DNA of 64,000 nt, from assembly GCA_002633005.1 (NCBI GenBank), contig NMRA01000612.1, positions 1 through 64,000 of the forward strand. Direction: 5' to 3'. Each line of letters opens with the position of its first letter. The stretch's first letter is position 1. Below the pieces are notes generated by a model. The model did not search any database, was not told the origin of the DNA, and worked only from the letters and a program-made list of their open reading frames with translations. The position numbers and the translations under genes were made by a program. Below, piece by piece: positions 51,101 through 61,100 of the stretch. The DNA comes from Phoronis australis (Eukaryota; Animalia; Phoronida).

Positions 51101-54100
51101 GACTTCCTGTATGCATGGTTAACACAGGTGATAAATGTTAAACCAATTAGCCAGGGGAATTACTTTCATCAAAATTAATGTCAAGGATAATTAATGTCGC
51201 CTATATAGACCACAGCAGTTAAAATGTGAAAAGTGAGTTTTCCACCTCTAATGGGATTTATTTATGTCTTAATCAAACTTTCAGAGACGCAATAATTGCA
51301 AGTTCTTGTTCATGCAATGAATTAAAACATATTTTGACTATGAGTATTATTATTTGAACATCAGCTGTGCTGCTCTAACACTGGTAAACCATAACATTTA
51401 AGCAATACCTGAGTTGTATATCGTAAAGTAAGCTAAACAGCTTAAATCCACCCACAAAATAGAGTTTATTTGCAGAACACTTGAAGGTTTGGAACCCTGT
51501 ATATTCTCATCCCATTCCTTTCAACTGGATGCCAGATAGAGTGAGTACACAGAGCTCATAAATCTCCCCATGGAAAGCCTTCTAAGAAAAGTTATCTGTT
51601 TTTATTTTAACCTCCACAGTCATACCATATATGGTTGAGGGGGAATCACACAGATGTTAAGTGCTGCACACACAGAGAAAACACAGCTCCTAACAGCTGG
51701 TAGTATAAATAACTGGACAAGCTACCAGCTAAGTTCAACTGTAAGGAATGCCAGGTGCTGTTGCCCTAGCTGTGAAAGTGGCAACACAGCATAAATTGTG
51801 TTTAAGGTTGTTTTACACACTGTATACAGAGTATCATGGTAAAATGTTAGGAACAGCTTGGTGTAAATCAAGTTATGTTACACCGTATTATTTTCATTTA
51901 TCATTTTATTGTGGTAATCTTATGCAAGTGCCATTATCTGTATTAAACAACTTAAAATTAAATTGCACACTAAACATCATGCAGTGCCATCTCTGAAAAG
52001 CACCATTTTGGAGTGGAACTTATTGTTTTGTTTTTTAATACGGCAAATTAAATTAATGTTCCTAATATAATTGAAATCACAGACTAAATTAAGTGAGAAA
52101 GATTCACTACTGCTCACTTGATTTATTCCTGTTTGGAATTTGAGATTTCAGCCTGACATAATTAGCATTGTGTAGTTTTTTTAAGTATGTTTTAATTCTC
52201 AATACGTTGGGTTTATTGTTCAAAACAAGAACGGTGATTAAAAAATTGTGTTTTCACCATAACTATTAGGTGAACTGACACTTCTTAACAATATGTACAA
52301 TCAGTGCATCTGAGTTTTTTTCTTAGCTCTCCAGTAAAAGTTATTAGCCAAAATAGAAAGGCATAATGCTTGCTTTCTGACAGTCAAGATGCCATTGAAC
52401 TAATGACCTCCCATTCTTTTAGTCTTTCCAAAGCCCAGTGAGTGACAGTTGCCAGACTATTTGGGTCATGATGAGTACCAGGGTTTGGTGTTGTAATGGA
52501 TACCACACAGGCATGATAAATTAACTATTGGTTTTGGTTGGAGCTAGTTTATTGTAAGTTACAATTAGTTAGAGTCAATTGTTTTTCTGAGTAACTGATA
52601 GCCAGTTGCGATCTTACCTTTCTTGTCGAGGAGATAAGCTGAAAGTCCTTCAATGTTTTTTAGTAACTTCTCAACAATGAAAAACCCAGAGAGGCTCTTG
52701 CTGTAATTACAGTCATTTATGCTCTGAAATCAACACAAATTTACTTCATTGAATGTAAAACATATCAAGTCACTGCGTAGCATCATACTCTTCAATTTTT
52801 CGTTTGCATGCACATGGTACACAGCACTTTGCTTCAAGAAGCATCATCAGGTGAGTGAGCTAGTAATACAGCCCACAGAAAATAATGATTAAAAACTCCA
52901 CAGATTTGTACAAAGTTGACATGGGGCCTGTTTATCATGAAATCTGATCTGAGGTCATATTGTGTGGACAAGTTACCACATTAGCAATGGTTTCACTGGC
53001 TAAAATAAATTTATATCGGCTAAGTCGTAGATTACAACTGGTGATTTTTTAAGTCTTAACGTTCTGAAATTGAATTCCTCAAAAAAGTTTTGAAAATTCT
53101 TATCCGAAGCGAAACAGTTACCAGAGAGCAACGGGGAGCATTGAAATGCCACCACAACTGCAATTCTAAATGGCACAACATCCGAAAATAGGAAGGTGTT
53201 ATCATCTTCTGAATAGAAGACTGCTTTTTGAATAACCATCAACAAACTTCAAAGATTACAGAGGCAAACGTGAAAAATAATTGCTAGTACGAGGCCAAGC
53301 GGTAGTCCAATCCATCCATCTGTTGTCAAGTTAATAGGACTACACTTGTCAAAAGATATTGCAAGACAAGGGGATACAGGGATACAGAATAAATGTCTCT
53401 ATACAGAAGTTGGACCCATCTGAAAACCCATGTCACGTCACTGAGTCGTGCTCTTCTCCGCAGTGGGAAACACTAGTCAATTTTCAAAATAATCCATTGA
53501 GCAGTTTGGCAAACAGAGAGTCAAATAACTAAAGTTATGAAAATAGCCACAAAGTGGTACATAATACGTCAAATCCATCCAAAAATAAATAGGTGCTGTC
53601 ATCTTCATAATAGAAACTTGACTGCGAAACTTCATGAAAAACCGTCACAAAAACTCTGAAGATAAAGAGAAAAAGGCAATAACTAAAACTGCCACTGACC
53701 TGAAGACAGCGGTATTTAGAGCTGTCCAAGTTGTGGGCAGCCGATGTCACATTTATACAATAACACTTGCAAATCCAGCGAAAATTAAAGATACAGCGAA
53801 AATCACTACTAGGGGGCAACTCAAGAGTTATTAGACCATAAGACAAATCCTATGCTAACATCTGAAGTTTTGTTACCCCCCACCGCTAATCAAGCCTTGC
53901 CCAGACTGTGACTAAATTATACTACTCGATTCACAAATTAAGTAATGCTCGTGGCTTATAATTAGCCGCGATGCTCAAAAAAACCTATTCACCAAATTCT
54001 CTTATGATGCACAATTTTAAACATTCAAAGATGGAACTTATAATTTTCTTTTCAATTTTATAAGCAGACATGTTGGTCATTTCCCTTACTTATTGAGCAA

Positions 54101-56116
54101 TTCCAAACCACCGAAGCTTTCTGGATCTCAGAGGGGTATTTGTTCAGTATACTTTTATTCTAGAGAAAATTTTGATACTATAACTAATCAACACATCTGA
54201 ATGAATAGCCTCTGCTGCCGTACTGAAAATTGTGGCTTTTGACAGGCTTAAAGTGCTGACAAAAGTTAGTTGTCAGAAACATGTAAGGAAGGTGCAAAAC
54301 AGTAGTCAATCAGAATTAAGAGCACAGCATTTAGGCGATCATTACCACTAACTGGGCATCTTCCTCTTATTAACCTCACTTCAAAAATAGATGCTCTAAA
54401 CAGATGGCTTGAGTGATCACATGACAAGATTACAGGGAAGGGTAGTGATTGAGTAGGCAGGCACTGAATGTAATACTTTTACAGGAAAACTTAGCTTTGA
54501 AGGTCCATCCCTGTTGAGGTAATGTCAACACTTGTGCTATAGTTAGTGCTTGCCAGTGAAGCACTCACTGTCAGACACAAGGAATCTGTCACTTACCTGA
54601 GACACAACAGCATCAATGACTCCACAGACAAGTTCTTCAATCTTTAGATTACACACAACAAGTACCAAACCTGTAGGAACAGTGACGCATGGAAACAATT
54701 TCACTGAGTAATTGAACATTTTCTAGACACAAAAATTACTTCCCGGGGTTCGAAATTGTTTGTACTAATCTGCAACTTTGCCACTGATAAATAGCACCAA
54801 CATATGTGGTGGTTACAACAACTCAAAGTCACAAAGTACACAAAAATACAAAATTGTCAGTGCAATTTTTAAGTCACCAATATTAAGTTTTTGAGTACGC
54901 AAGTCTTCACTTATTTGGCAAAACTCATTCCGAAGGCCCAAAACTATCAAGATTGATTACCCAGCTGAAAATAATAGAAACTTAACTGTCGTTTCATGAT
55001 TATACAGACCATATAAAAATAATTGCAGGTGGTCCGATACACATTATACCAGACGTGTGCAGGCCGTGCATGTGGGCCCATTGCACCGATCGCCTGGAAT
55101 CATTTTTATGTTTTACTAATATATGGTTAAGACCAAGCTGAGGAGCTAGAAACCTGGCTCAAGGGTTTAGCAGTGTGACACAGTGGGACTCGAACCCACG
55201 ACCTCGAGTAAAGAAGTGGGCACCTATCACACTAGTCCACACTGCCATAAGTCCAGGTAATGTTTTTTTAATCTTTTTTTGGCAAATTGGGTACCAAAAG
55301 AAATCACAGAAAACCAAGAGTGACTTTCACTACCAAGCATCTAGTAAAAATCATTACTTGTAACAATGCAGTCAAATCTGTTCAGGCAAGTGATCATGAC
55401 AGAAGTTGCTGTTTAAAATTCATAGTATAGCATTTTATTTAATTAGGTCTAAAAAACAAAAATTACTGACAACTGGGCTACCTTCAATAAGGCTAGCAAG
55501 ATTTTTGTAATATATCACCACACAGCATGGCGGAGCAAAGCGTATGATCTCCGTACTCTAAGCTTTTTACAATTTCAAATATTTGGCGTTTTAAAACTTA
55601 CAGAATGTGCCCCAATCCTCACCTTCAATAGCCACAGTTACAAGCAAGTCATCTTCATATGATGTCAAACCTGAGAATAAAGGAATATAAAGGAAATGGA
55701 CTTGTCACCTTGTCCACTTCTGAGCCACTGAGAAAAGCTACTCAATGTGCCAATATACATTTAAATTTTACACATCAGTTGACTTAAGCAACAAGCTGAT
55801 TTGATTATCAATCCTGTAACACTAGAACAGTAAAATTAGCACATTTCAACAGAAACTAATTACCATACAAAATAGTACATATGTGGTAAGCCACTTGCTC
55901 ATCTTGCTCCAGAACGCTTATTATACCATCCATATTTGCGGAAATAAAATTCAGAAATTCAGAGAGTATGAATTTCTTTTTTGTTGCAACAATGTTGACA
56001 TCTTCCAACAACTCCAGCATGCAAGCTATACACATTTGCAAGTTGGAATCACATCCAGTAATCGTCCATTTCCCAGCATGATCCCTGTGAGTGCAGGTTG
56101 GTTGTAGGACATCCAT
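32872..56116 (-). CDS. MEI1: Meiosis inhibitor protein 1 (MEI1, meiotic double-strand-break factor), 23 coding exons, 1200 aa
   Basis: Exons in minus-strand 5'->3' order: 56116-55864, 55670-55623, 54670-54597, 52723-52618, 49709-49518, 49279-49073, 47276-47160, 45963-45726, 45193-44993, 44714-44564, 43980-43820, 43180-42935, 42755-42653, 41894-41721, 41415-41308, 38122-38051, 37629-37551, 37185-37084, 36917-36816, 36406-36267, 34137-33904, 33538-33356, 33183-32872. Total 3603 nt in one frame. Motifs H..H...W...CIACMLELL....KK, YPSE.VQ, LP..LKKLL.S, EFLFE.L, FFSKCH.VYGI, CIP, Y.HH and QPWNRFL match vertebrate MEI1 as recalled. Confidence 0.93.
33356..33538 (-). CDS. MEI1: MEI1 exon 22
   Basis: VDPLMQQASVNCF...ILTQPWNRFLV...VVM|gtaac. 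Confidence 0.92.
33904..34137 (-). CDS. MEI1: MEI1 exon 21
   Basis: VDYCIEIKTESLLKHF...PLTSEKVQLLLIYIQQRIMQ|gtgagg. Confidence 0.88.
36267..36406 (-). CDS. MEI1: MEI1 exon 20
   Basis: VSSLILGKSELLSMIDEW...LQAKHSIK|gtaaac. Confidence 0.83.
36816..36917 (-). CDS. MEI1: MEI1 exon 19
   Basis: VINMIINKDMNDVKTTTNFITCLLSWDIIKASST|gttagt. Confidence 0.8.
37084..37185 (-). CDS. MEI1: MEI1 exon 18
   Basis: MGKCNINGLLELLVLVLQ...IMVLYH|gtgagt. Confidence 0.83.
37551..37629 (-). CDS. MEI1: MEI1 exon 17
   Basis: YSSGMQPRQESILNALNKAFIAKSAG|gtaag. Confidence 0.78.
38051..38122 (-). CDS. MEI1: MEI1 exon 16
   Basis: DLASVGMEKASRAAVNVMKSVLEK|gtaagt. Confidence 0.8.
38640..41000 (-). mobile_element. Highly decayed LINE (CR1/L2-group) ORF2 fragment in a MEI1 intron
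   Basis: Minus-strand RT-like peptide DPNTLDNYCRISVLP...LYNFQYGF...TEQAALELINRI (39242-39460) and W..SILLSIKIR.KLY.KLK; many frameshifts; boundaries approximate. Confidence 0.75.
40003..40571. mobile_element. PIF/Harbinger-type MITE nested in the LINE
   Basis: About 40-bp TIRs gggctgttccagtaaaatctgtataggagggggaaggca / tgccttcccccctcccacacagattttgctggaacagccc; 3-bp TSD tga. Confidence 0.85.
41308..41415 (-). CDS. MEI1: MEI1 exon 15
   Basis: LEMWMDVEKLSDSGSS...CYQSLL|gtaagt. Confidence 0.83.
41721..41894 (-). CDS. MEI1: MEI1 exon 14
   Basis: LALPNVIEWSDVVR...WYIHHASVLKLVF...GREM|gtaatt. Confidence 0.83.
42047..42406. mobile_element. Possible old MITE
   Basis: Inverted acttatcctaga / tctaggataagt with gtcc..cac / gtg..ggac ends; degenerate. 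Confidence 0.4.
42653..42755 (-). CDS. MEI1: MEI1 exon 13
   Basis: FIQESHLRERLCIFITQHQPLKLHLIKPVLFLLS|gtaagt. Confidence 0.83.
42935..43180 (-). CDS. MEI1: MEI1 exon 12
   Basis: SSVLTNCVCRVLACL...AQTSLVLLLYTSFYHGN|gtaatt. Confidence 0.88.
43820..43980 (-). CDS. MEI1: MEI1 exon 11
   Basis: NNFNEIPLETIFINFYQVL...TTLQIKSRF|gtaag. Confidence 0.87.
44564..44714 (-). CDS. MEI1: MEI1 exon 10
   Basis: LFIGDNNQMLISEQAFSMPEED...MDEICIPFIL|gtaagt. Confidence 0.87.
44993..45193 (-). CDS. MEI1: MEI1 exon 9
   Basis: VDHLQSGVPLGDIK...HLIC|gtaagt. Confidence 0.88.
45726..45963 (-). CDS. MEI1: MEI1 exon 8
   Basis: GIDSILRSLEQAFK...ANYL|gtaat. Confidence 0.92.
46184..46675. mobile_element. MITE-like element
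   Basis: TIR ggccctttcatactaa / ttggtatgaacgggcc. Confidence 0.55.
47160..47276 (-). CDS. MEI1: MEI1 exon 7
   Basis: EFLFEGLASTNELLVRSIFCCL...FFSKCHAVY|gtagtt. Confidence 0.93.
48530..48607. repeat. About 34-bp tandem duplication (ctctgggagggtagttaggcaagaggtcataact)
   Basis: About 2.3 imperfect copies. Confidence 0.7.
49073..49279 (-). CDS. MEI1: MEI1 exon 6
   Basis: RLLKKMINN...TLPSSLKKLLVSKHPVVQIAATQCV...DVA|gtatgt. Confidence 0.92.
49518..49709 (-). CDS. MEI1: MEI1 exon 5
   Basis: DPFVEYLCSGISYPSEPVQNA...THVL|gtaagt. Confidence 0.9.
50238..50335 (-). mobile_element. Short 5'-truncated LINE 3' end
   Basis: Minus strand: stem-loop catgctggatattagcctttcgggctaaagcatg followed by aataaa and a (tta)n tail. 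Confidence 0.45.
52618..52723 (-). CDS. MEI1: MEI1 exon 4
   Basis: SINDCNYSKSLSGFFIVEKLLKNIEGLSAYLLDKK|gtaag. Confidence 0.87.
54597..54670 (-). CDS. MEI1: MEI1 exon 3
   Basis: GLVLVVCNLKIEELVCGVIDAVVSQ|gtaagt. Confidence 0.87.
55011..55246 (-). mobile_element. tRNA-derived SINE, copy 1
   Basis: Minus strand GGCAGTGTGGACTAGTGTG (A box) ... GGTTCGAGTCC (B box); second copy at 56616-57556. Confidence 0.82.
55623..55670 (-). CDS. MEI1: MEI1 exon 2
   Basis: GLTSYEDDLLVTVAIE|gtgagg. Confidence 0.85.
55864..56116 (-). CDS. MEI1: MEI1 coding exon 1
   Basis: ttttcag|A ATG; MDVLQPTCTHRDHAGKW...CIACMLELL...ILY|gtaatt. The acceptor immediately upstream implies a 5' non-coding exon. Confidence 0.92.
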
Positions 56117-56615
56117 TCTGAAAATAAATGGCCACAGTTGGTATGACTGTCAGACATGCTCACTGTGAAATGATCAACTGAATAATTATCTATAGTACAA
56201 ATGTTTTTGAAAACAACAGATTCAGAATACTTGCTGCACTCAATGATACATCAATGGATTACTAGATTTATTCAATTGATTTTCAAGATTGGGCAGAGAC
56301 CCCCCCCCNCCCCCCCCCCCCCCCGTCAGACAATATTGTCGTGTTTTTTCAGTGGTGTGGAAAATCGGTGGTGAGCAGAGGCAAGTGACAGTATTGCTGA
56401 TGGTCCTGCCTGTGCTCAATTTTGAAATTCAAAGACGAGAAACAAATCAGCACACAATGACAATATTTACATCTCAGCAAAATAGGGAATCAACAGACCC
56501 ATCAGCCGCAGTGTCCCTCAAGGTCGTCCTCTACCTTATCGATTATTTACCCTAGCTTAGGGAATTCTCACAACCCAAAAAACCACCAATTACCTTTCAA
56601 GAGAATTCTGATATT

Positions 56616-57556
56616 ATATAAAAATAATTCCAGGCAGTCTGATACACATTGTACCAGATGTGACACACTTGTCTGCTAAGTCCAAGTAATCCAAAATAGA
56701 GCCGCCAGGGCTATCCTGGGTACTAAAATTAGGGACACTAGGGTTGATGACTTGTATTCCAAGCTGGGATTTATGAAAATAAGACAAAGAAATAAATATC
56801 TCTCTGCCTGTTGTATGTACAGATGTATCAATGGCTTGGCTACAGCATATCTCAGCAGTAAATTCAATAGCAGCCAGGCTGTATATTCTACACGTTCTTC
56901 TGTTGCTGGCAATGTTTATTCTAAAAAAATTAAAAGCGAGACTGGCAAGAGATCTTTTATCTATGCAGCTGCTATAATATGGAATTCTTTTAGCCCAGAA
57001 ATTTAACGGTCCAATTCAATTACTACCTTTAAAGTAAATATTAAAAAGTGACTGTAATCTACTTGACCTTTTATACCCTGCCTGTCTTAATCATGTCATT
57101 TTTTCATTGTTGTAAATACTCTCACTGTCTAGAATCATCTCTTAATTTCTTTCAACTGTCTTAGTTAAATTTTTACCATCATTTGTCATTTAGTTATTGT
57201 CTTAATTCTCAACCTGTTTTAATTCATGATTGTATCTTTGTTACGTATATTTCATTGTTGTTTTATTACTTCATTGTATGTTGAGGGCCCTCTTGGAAAG
57301 CAGTGCTATCACTGAAGAGGCCACCCTCATTTTAAATATCACAATAATAAATAAATAAATAAAATGTGCACACGACACGCATGTGGGCCCTTTGCACTCA
57401 CCACCTGGAACCATTTTTATGCTTTATTAATATATGGTTAAAACCGAGCTGAGGAGCTAGAAACCTGACTCATGGGCTTAGCAGTGTAACCTAGTGGTAC
57501 TCGAACCCACGACCTCAAGTAAAGAATGCGGGCACCTATCACCAGGCTACACTGCC
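56616..57556 (-). mobile_element. tRNA-derived SINE, copy 2, split by a LINE insertion (parts 56616-56662 and 57365-57556)
   Basis: Both parts align collinearly to copy 1; B box GGTTCGAGTAC. Confidence 0.8.
56670..57364 (+). mobile_element. 5'-truncated CR1/L2-group LINE (ORF2 C-terminus, 3'UTR and tail)
   Basis: QVIQNRAARAILG...MYRCINGLATAYL...YSTRS...TGKRSFIYAAAIIWNSF; 3' stem-loop gagggccctctt...aagaggccaccctc; (aaat)n tail. Confidence 0.88.
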
Positions 57557-57973
57557 TCCTCAAATTCTGATATTAGTCTACTTTCTAAAAAACGGAGCAT
57601 TTGACTGCTCTCCATGAATCAACGGATTACTAGAATATTTGAATGCTTTTCATGAGTTGTACTTAAGTCCCATGCAGCACTAATTAGGTCAATTCAATAT
57701 TGTTAAATTCAAATTGGAATAAATAAAGTTAGCATTGGTGAAACTTTCAATTGAAGCAATTCATAACATGAACACCATTTGGTCCATGTTTTGCCCTCAA
57801 AAAATAAAATGAAAGTTTCAACTTTCAACCCTAAGCATGAACCAAAACAATTATGGTTTTCGAAGATGGTGCTGAATGGAGCTTTAATTCCAAAAACAGT
57901 CCGACAGTGAGCGTCGGCAACAAAGCCACTCACCTTGCCCATTGGTGGCGCGGATGAGGATATTGAGAACCAG

Positions 57974-58120
57974 TAGTGCTGTAGTGGTAAAATTAGACAC
58001 AAGTAGGCGCCCACAGCCCACCTTATCACCATGGGCATTGAACGTAACGTAGGCGCTACGTTCAAATGCCAAAAGGTGGTTGGCTGCGCCTACGCATACC
58101 TACGCCCCACTACAGCACTG
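57974..58120. mobile_element. 147-bp hAT-type MITE
   Basis: TIR tagtgctgtagtgg / ccactacagcactg; 8-bp TSD agaaccag at 57966-57973 and 58121-58128; palindromic interior. Confidence 0.88.
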
Positions 58121-61100
58121 AGAACCAGGCAATTACCACTGAATAACAGACTTGTTACTCAGTGGAGGAATCTGGCGTGCATTGCATGGCTGCAAGACAC
58201 TTACGTGACGCTTGTAATTGTAGCAAGAAATCTTGCCTTATGGGATGGAAATACCATTTTCATATATAGTCAATACTCAGCTCAAAGAATTTAAGGGTTG
58301 GTTTACCGACTATTTTATATACAGCATAATCCCATTGTAGTATTGCTGACCAATCATTTTAGTGGTAGCCATCTTGTACTTGCTCTACGGCGCCCAGTCT
58401 GGGTTCTCACCTGATTTGGCCACTGGGTTCCACTGAATGATATTGTGACTGTAGTGTGGCAGAATGTGACAAAATTAGATAACGATCATGAATATCAAAA
58501 AAAACATCAATTTACCAGCACGTCAAAGCTCAGTTTTGCCACACGAACTAGTCAAAAATTATGTCGACAAGACGACGGGCAGCTTTAAACTGTTGCCGTG
58601 GGTTGAGATCTACACGATGGCGACTTCTCATTCAGTGACTTTACCAGACGTTGAGGGTTGTGAGCATGTGATAACATCTAGTTTCTTTGTTAACTGCCAA
58701 GCACAGTCTTTTGTCTGGTATGACAACAGGCATGCCAATTATCTACCAGGCTTATTTCATACCTCATGTGAACAGTCAAATTCTGTTACGTTGGGAAAGA
58801 ACAGATTGTCTAACTTAGGTTGTAGTCGGGCGATTTTGGCGATTCAAAAACTAAACATGATCACCATTTGACAAGAATTTCAGAAATTCTATTGGTTTAT
58901 GTCCACATATGTTATAACTTAACTTTTATTTTTAACAGCAGAGCCCAGTCAGGCTAGATACAATCTTATTGAAGATTAGAGCAATTGTTGAACAAGAAAG
59001 CTGGCCCTCCAACCATAAATACCAGAATGGAGTTAATTAGTTGTGTAAGATATTGGCTACAGAGGTCATCTTCCCAACTTGTTGTTGGGCTATAGAATCA
59101 AACAAGTTGGGAGCAACGGGAAAACGCTGCAATGAGATCAATAATTGTGTCGAACAAGGGATGGGTGCTGAGAAAATCTTACCGTCGGGAGTAATTCAGA
59201 CTTTCAAAACTTAGGGGCCTCAATGCAAGATTTAATCTGGCATCTCGTGTCAGAAAAAATACATCAATGATAGGATATGTTGGAAGTTTTCAATGACCAG
59301 TTGCCAATCTTATAAATCAAACTAAGATTTTTTATTTACTGGTCTTCGAAAACTTCTAGACTTCATTTTCTGCCGGGGCTTTTCCATGGGTGGCGCAGCA
59401 CTGAAGTGGGGGTGCTAAAGCCCTCAGCCTCCTATGGTGTGCCGCCCACATGCCGTGAATGACACGCTTACACGAAAGTCACGTATTTCTAAAGATATGT
59501 GTGACTTTTCACCGCTCGTCCTTCCAAGCGGCTTTTACCGGGATCAAAGAGAGAGCGGCGCCAGAGTCGGACTCAGTTGCGATGACTGCATCGTCCTGTG
59601 CGAGCAAGACCCAATTAAGTGTAATTATAACTGACAATAAACTGTAGTAAACACCTCTGCCTGTACATACTGGCGAATTTTTAAAATGCATTAACCAACA
59701 CATTTCATTAAAAACATATACCATAGCTGTATTCAGATGAAAAAACAACCAAGTTTAGTTTTCGATTTTTAAAAATCGATGAACTATTAAGCTAAAAACT
59801 ACAAACATTAGATATGATTGAAGATGAATGACTGTGCGTATTGATATACTCGGTGATTTACAAACACTGATCAGAGTTAACAACATCACGTGGATTATTC
59901 TTTTAATATACAACTAAGCTACATTGAAACATCAATAAATAGCACACAGTGACTAAATTCAATGTCAATACCTTTTAAAACATCGCTTATGGCCCAGTGC
60001 ATGCCAAAATACTTTACTCCAGGAGTAGTACACTAACCGGAAAATTGCTATTTGTGAAAATGTGTCAATTTCGGTAGTTAGCTTGTAGGTTTATTGGAAC
60101 ACGTGACTAATTTGACTAGCTTTGTAGTCAACGAGAGTACAAGCAGTGGATGAGGTTGCGCGTTGGCGGGCAAGAGCTGTGATTTCATTTTTTATGACTG
60201 AGGAAAAGCTAGAATAGTTATGTAATTACCGGCTGCAACCAAAATTGTCCAGAGGTTTCAAATCTTCAGTTTGGCTATCACCATATTTGTACTTTTGTAT
60301 ATATTTTATGATTTGAGTTCTAATAAAGATTGAACTTGAACTAATGGCAAGTGTAGTTTTTTTTTGCTGTGACATGTTTGGTGTAGGTGTAACCTGGAAA
60401 ATTCAGGGATGGGTTCACAATTAACTGACTTCTAAGTTGTTTTGATACTTTGTTTAAACACAAACTAAAAAGATAGAAACCCTAACTGGTAAGGAAAAAA
60501 ACGAGTATGAAACGTATTTAAAACCAACGTTCGTTTGGGAAGTGGCCCTTTGTCAAGATCAACGCACATTAACTTTTTAGTCTTTTTGTAATATTTAAAA
60601 TGTACCAAGTTAAAACTGCTCTACACATTGCATGCTTTAACTCTGTGCAAATGCCAGAGAAAAACAATTTCGTTGCAATAATGACCACCATTGCTAATAA
60701 AGTAGTGCTAGCTATTACCTTTCTACTTCATTAGCTCAGATCTACATCAATACAAAGGACGTGCTGAATAGCCATCCTAAAAGTTGTCTGGGGCTTAGGG
60801 AATCAGAGGGGTGACCAGTGTAAGCGAGAAATTCTCCACATGCACATACACCAGCCAAACTGTTTTTAGACATTTTAGCAGACACCTGGGTCTAATCTTT
60901 GTACTCGAAATCGAACTCTTGAAAGTATGAACTCACGAGCGGGGTTTTCATCTGATTTGGGCAGTGAGTCACAGTGAATGACATTTACAGTGTAGCACTA
61001 TTTCTATTACAAAGTAATAAAATACTAAAGACTATGTTTATGAATCTTGACATTCATAACCATAGTCACAGTATGATTATGAATTCTAAGTCACGTCAGT

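Noticed and set aside
55170-55246. tRNA-like sequence with A and B boxes
   Set aside because: No proper acceptor stem or anticodon arm; it continues into a shared body present in two copies, so it is a SINE head
4261-55863. U12-type introns or intronic snoRNAs
   Set aside because: All traced introns are ordinary GT-AG without the RTATCCTT donor; no convincing C/D or H/ACA box pairs were seen by eye
60490-60560. Minus-strand cttgacaaaggg...cgaacgtt resembling a Penelope-associated hammerhead ribozyme
   Set aside because: Lacks the CUGANGA and GAAA catalytic core; at most a decayed relic
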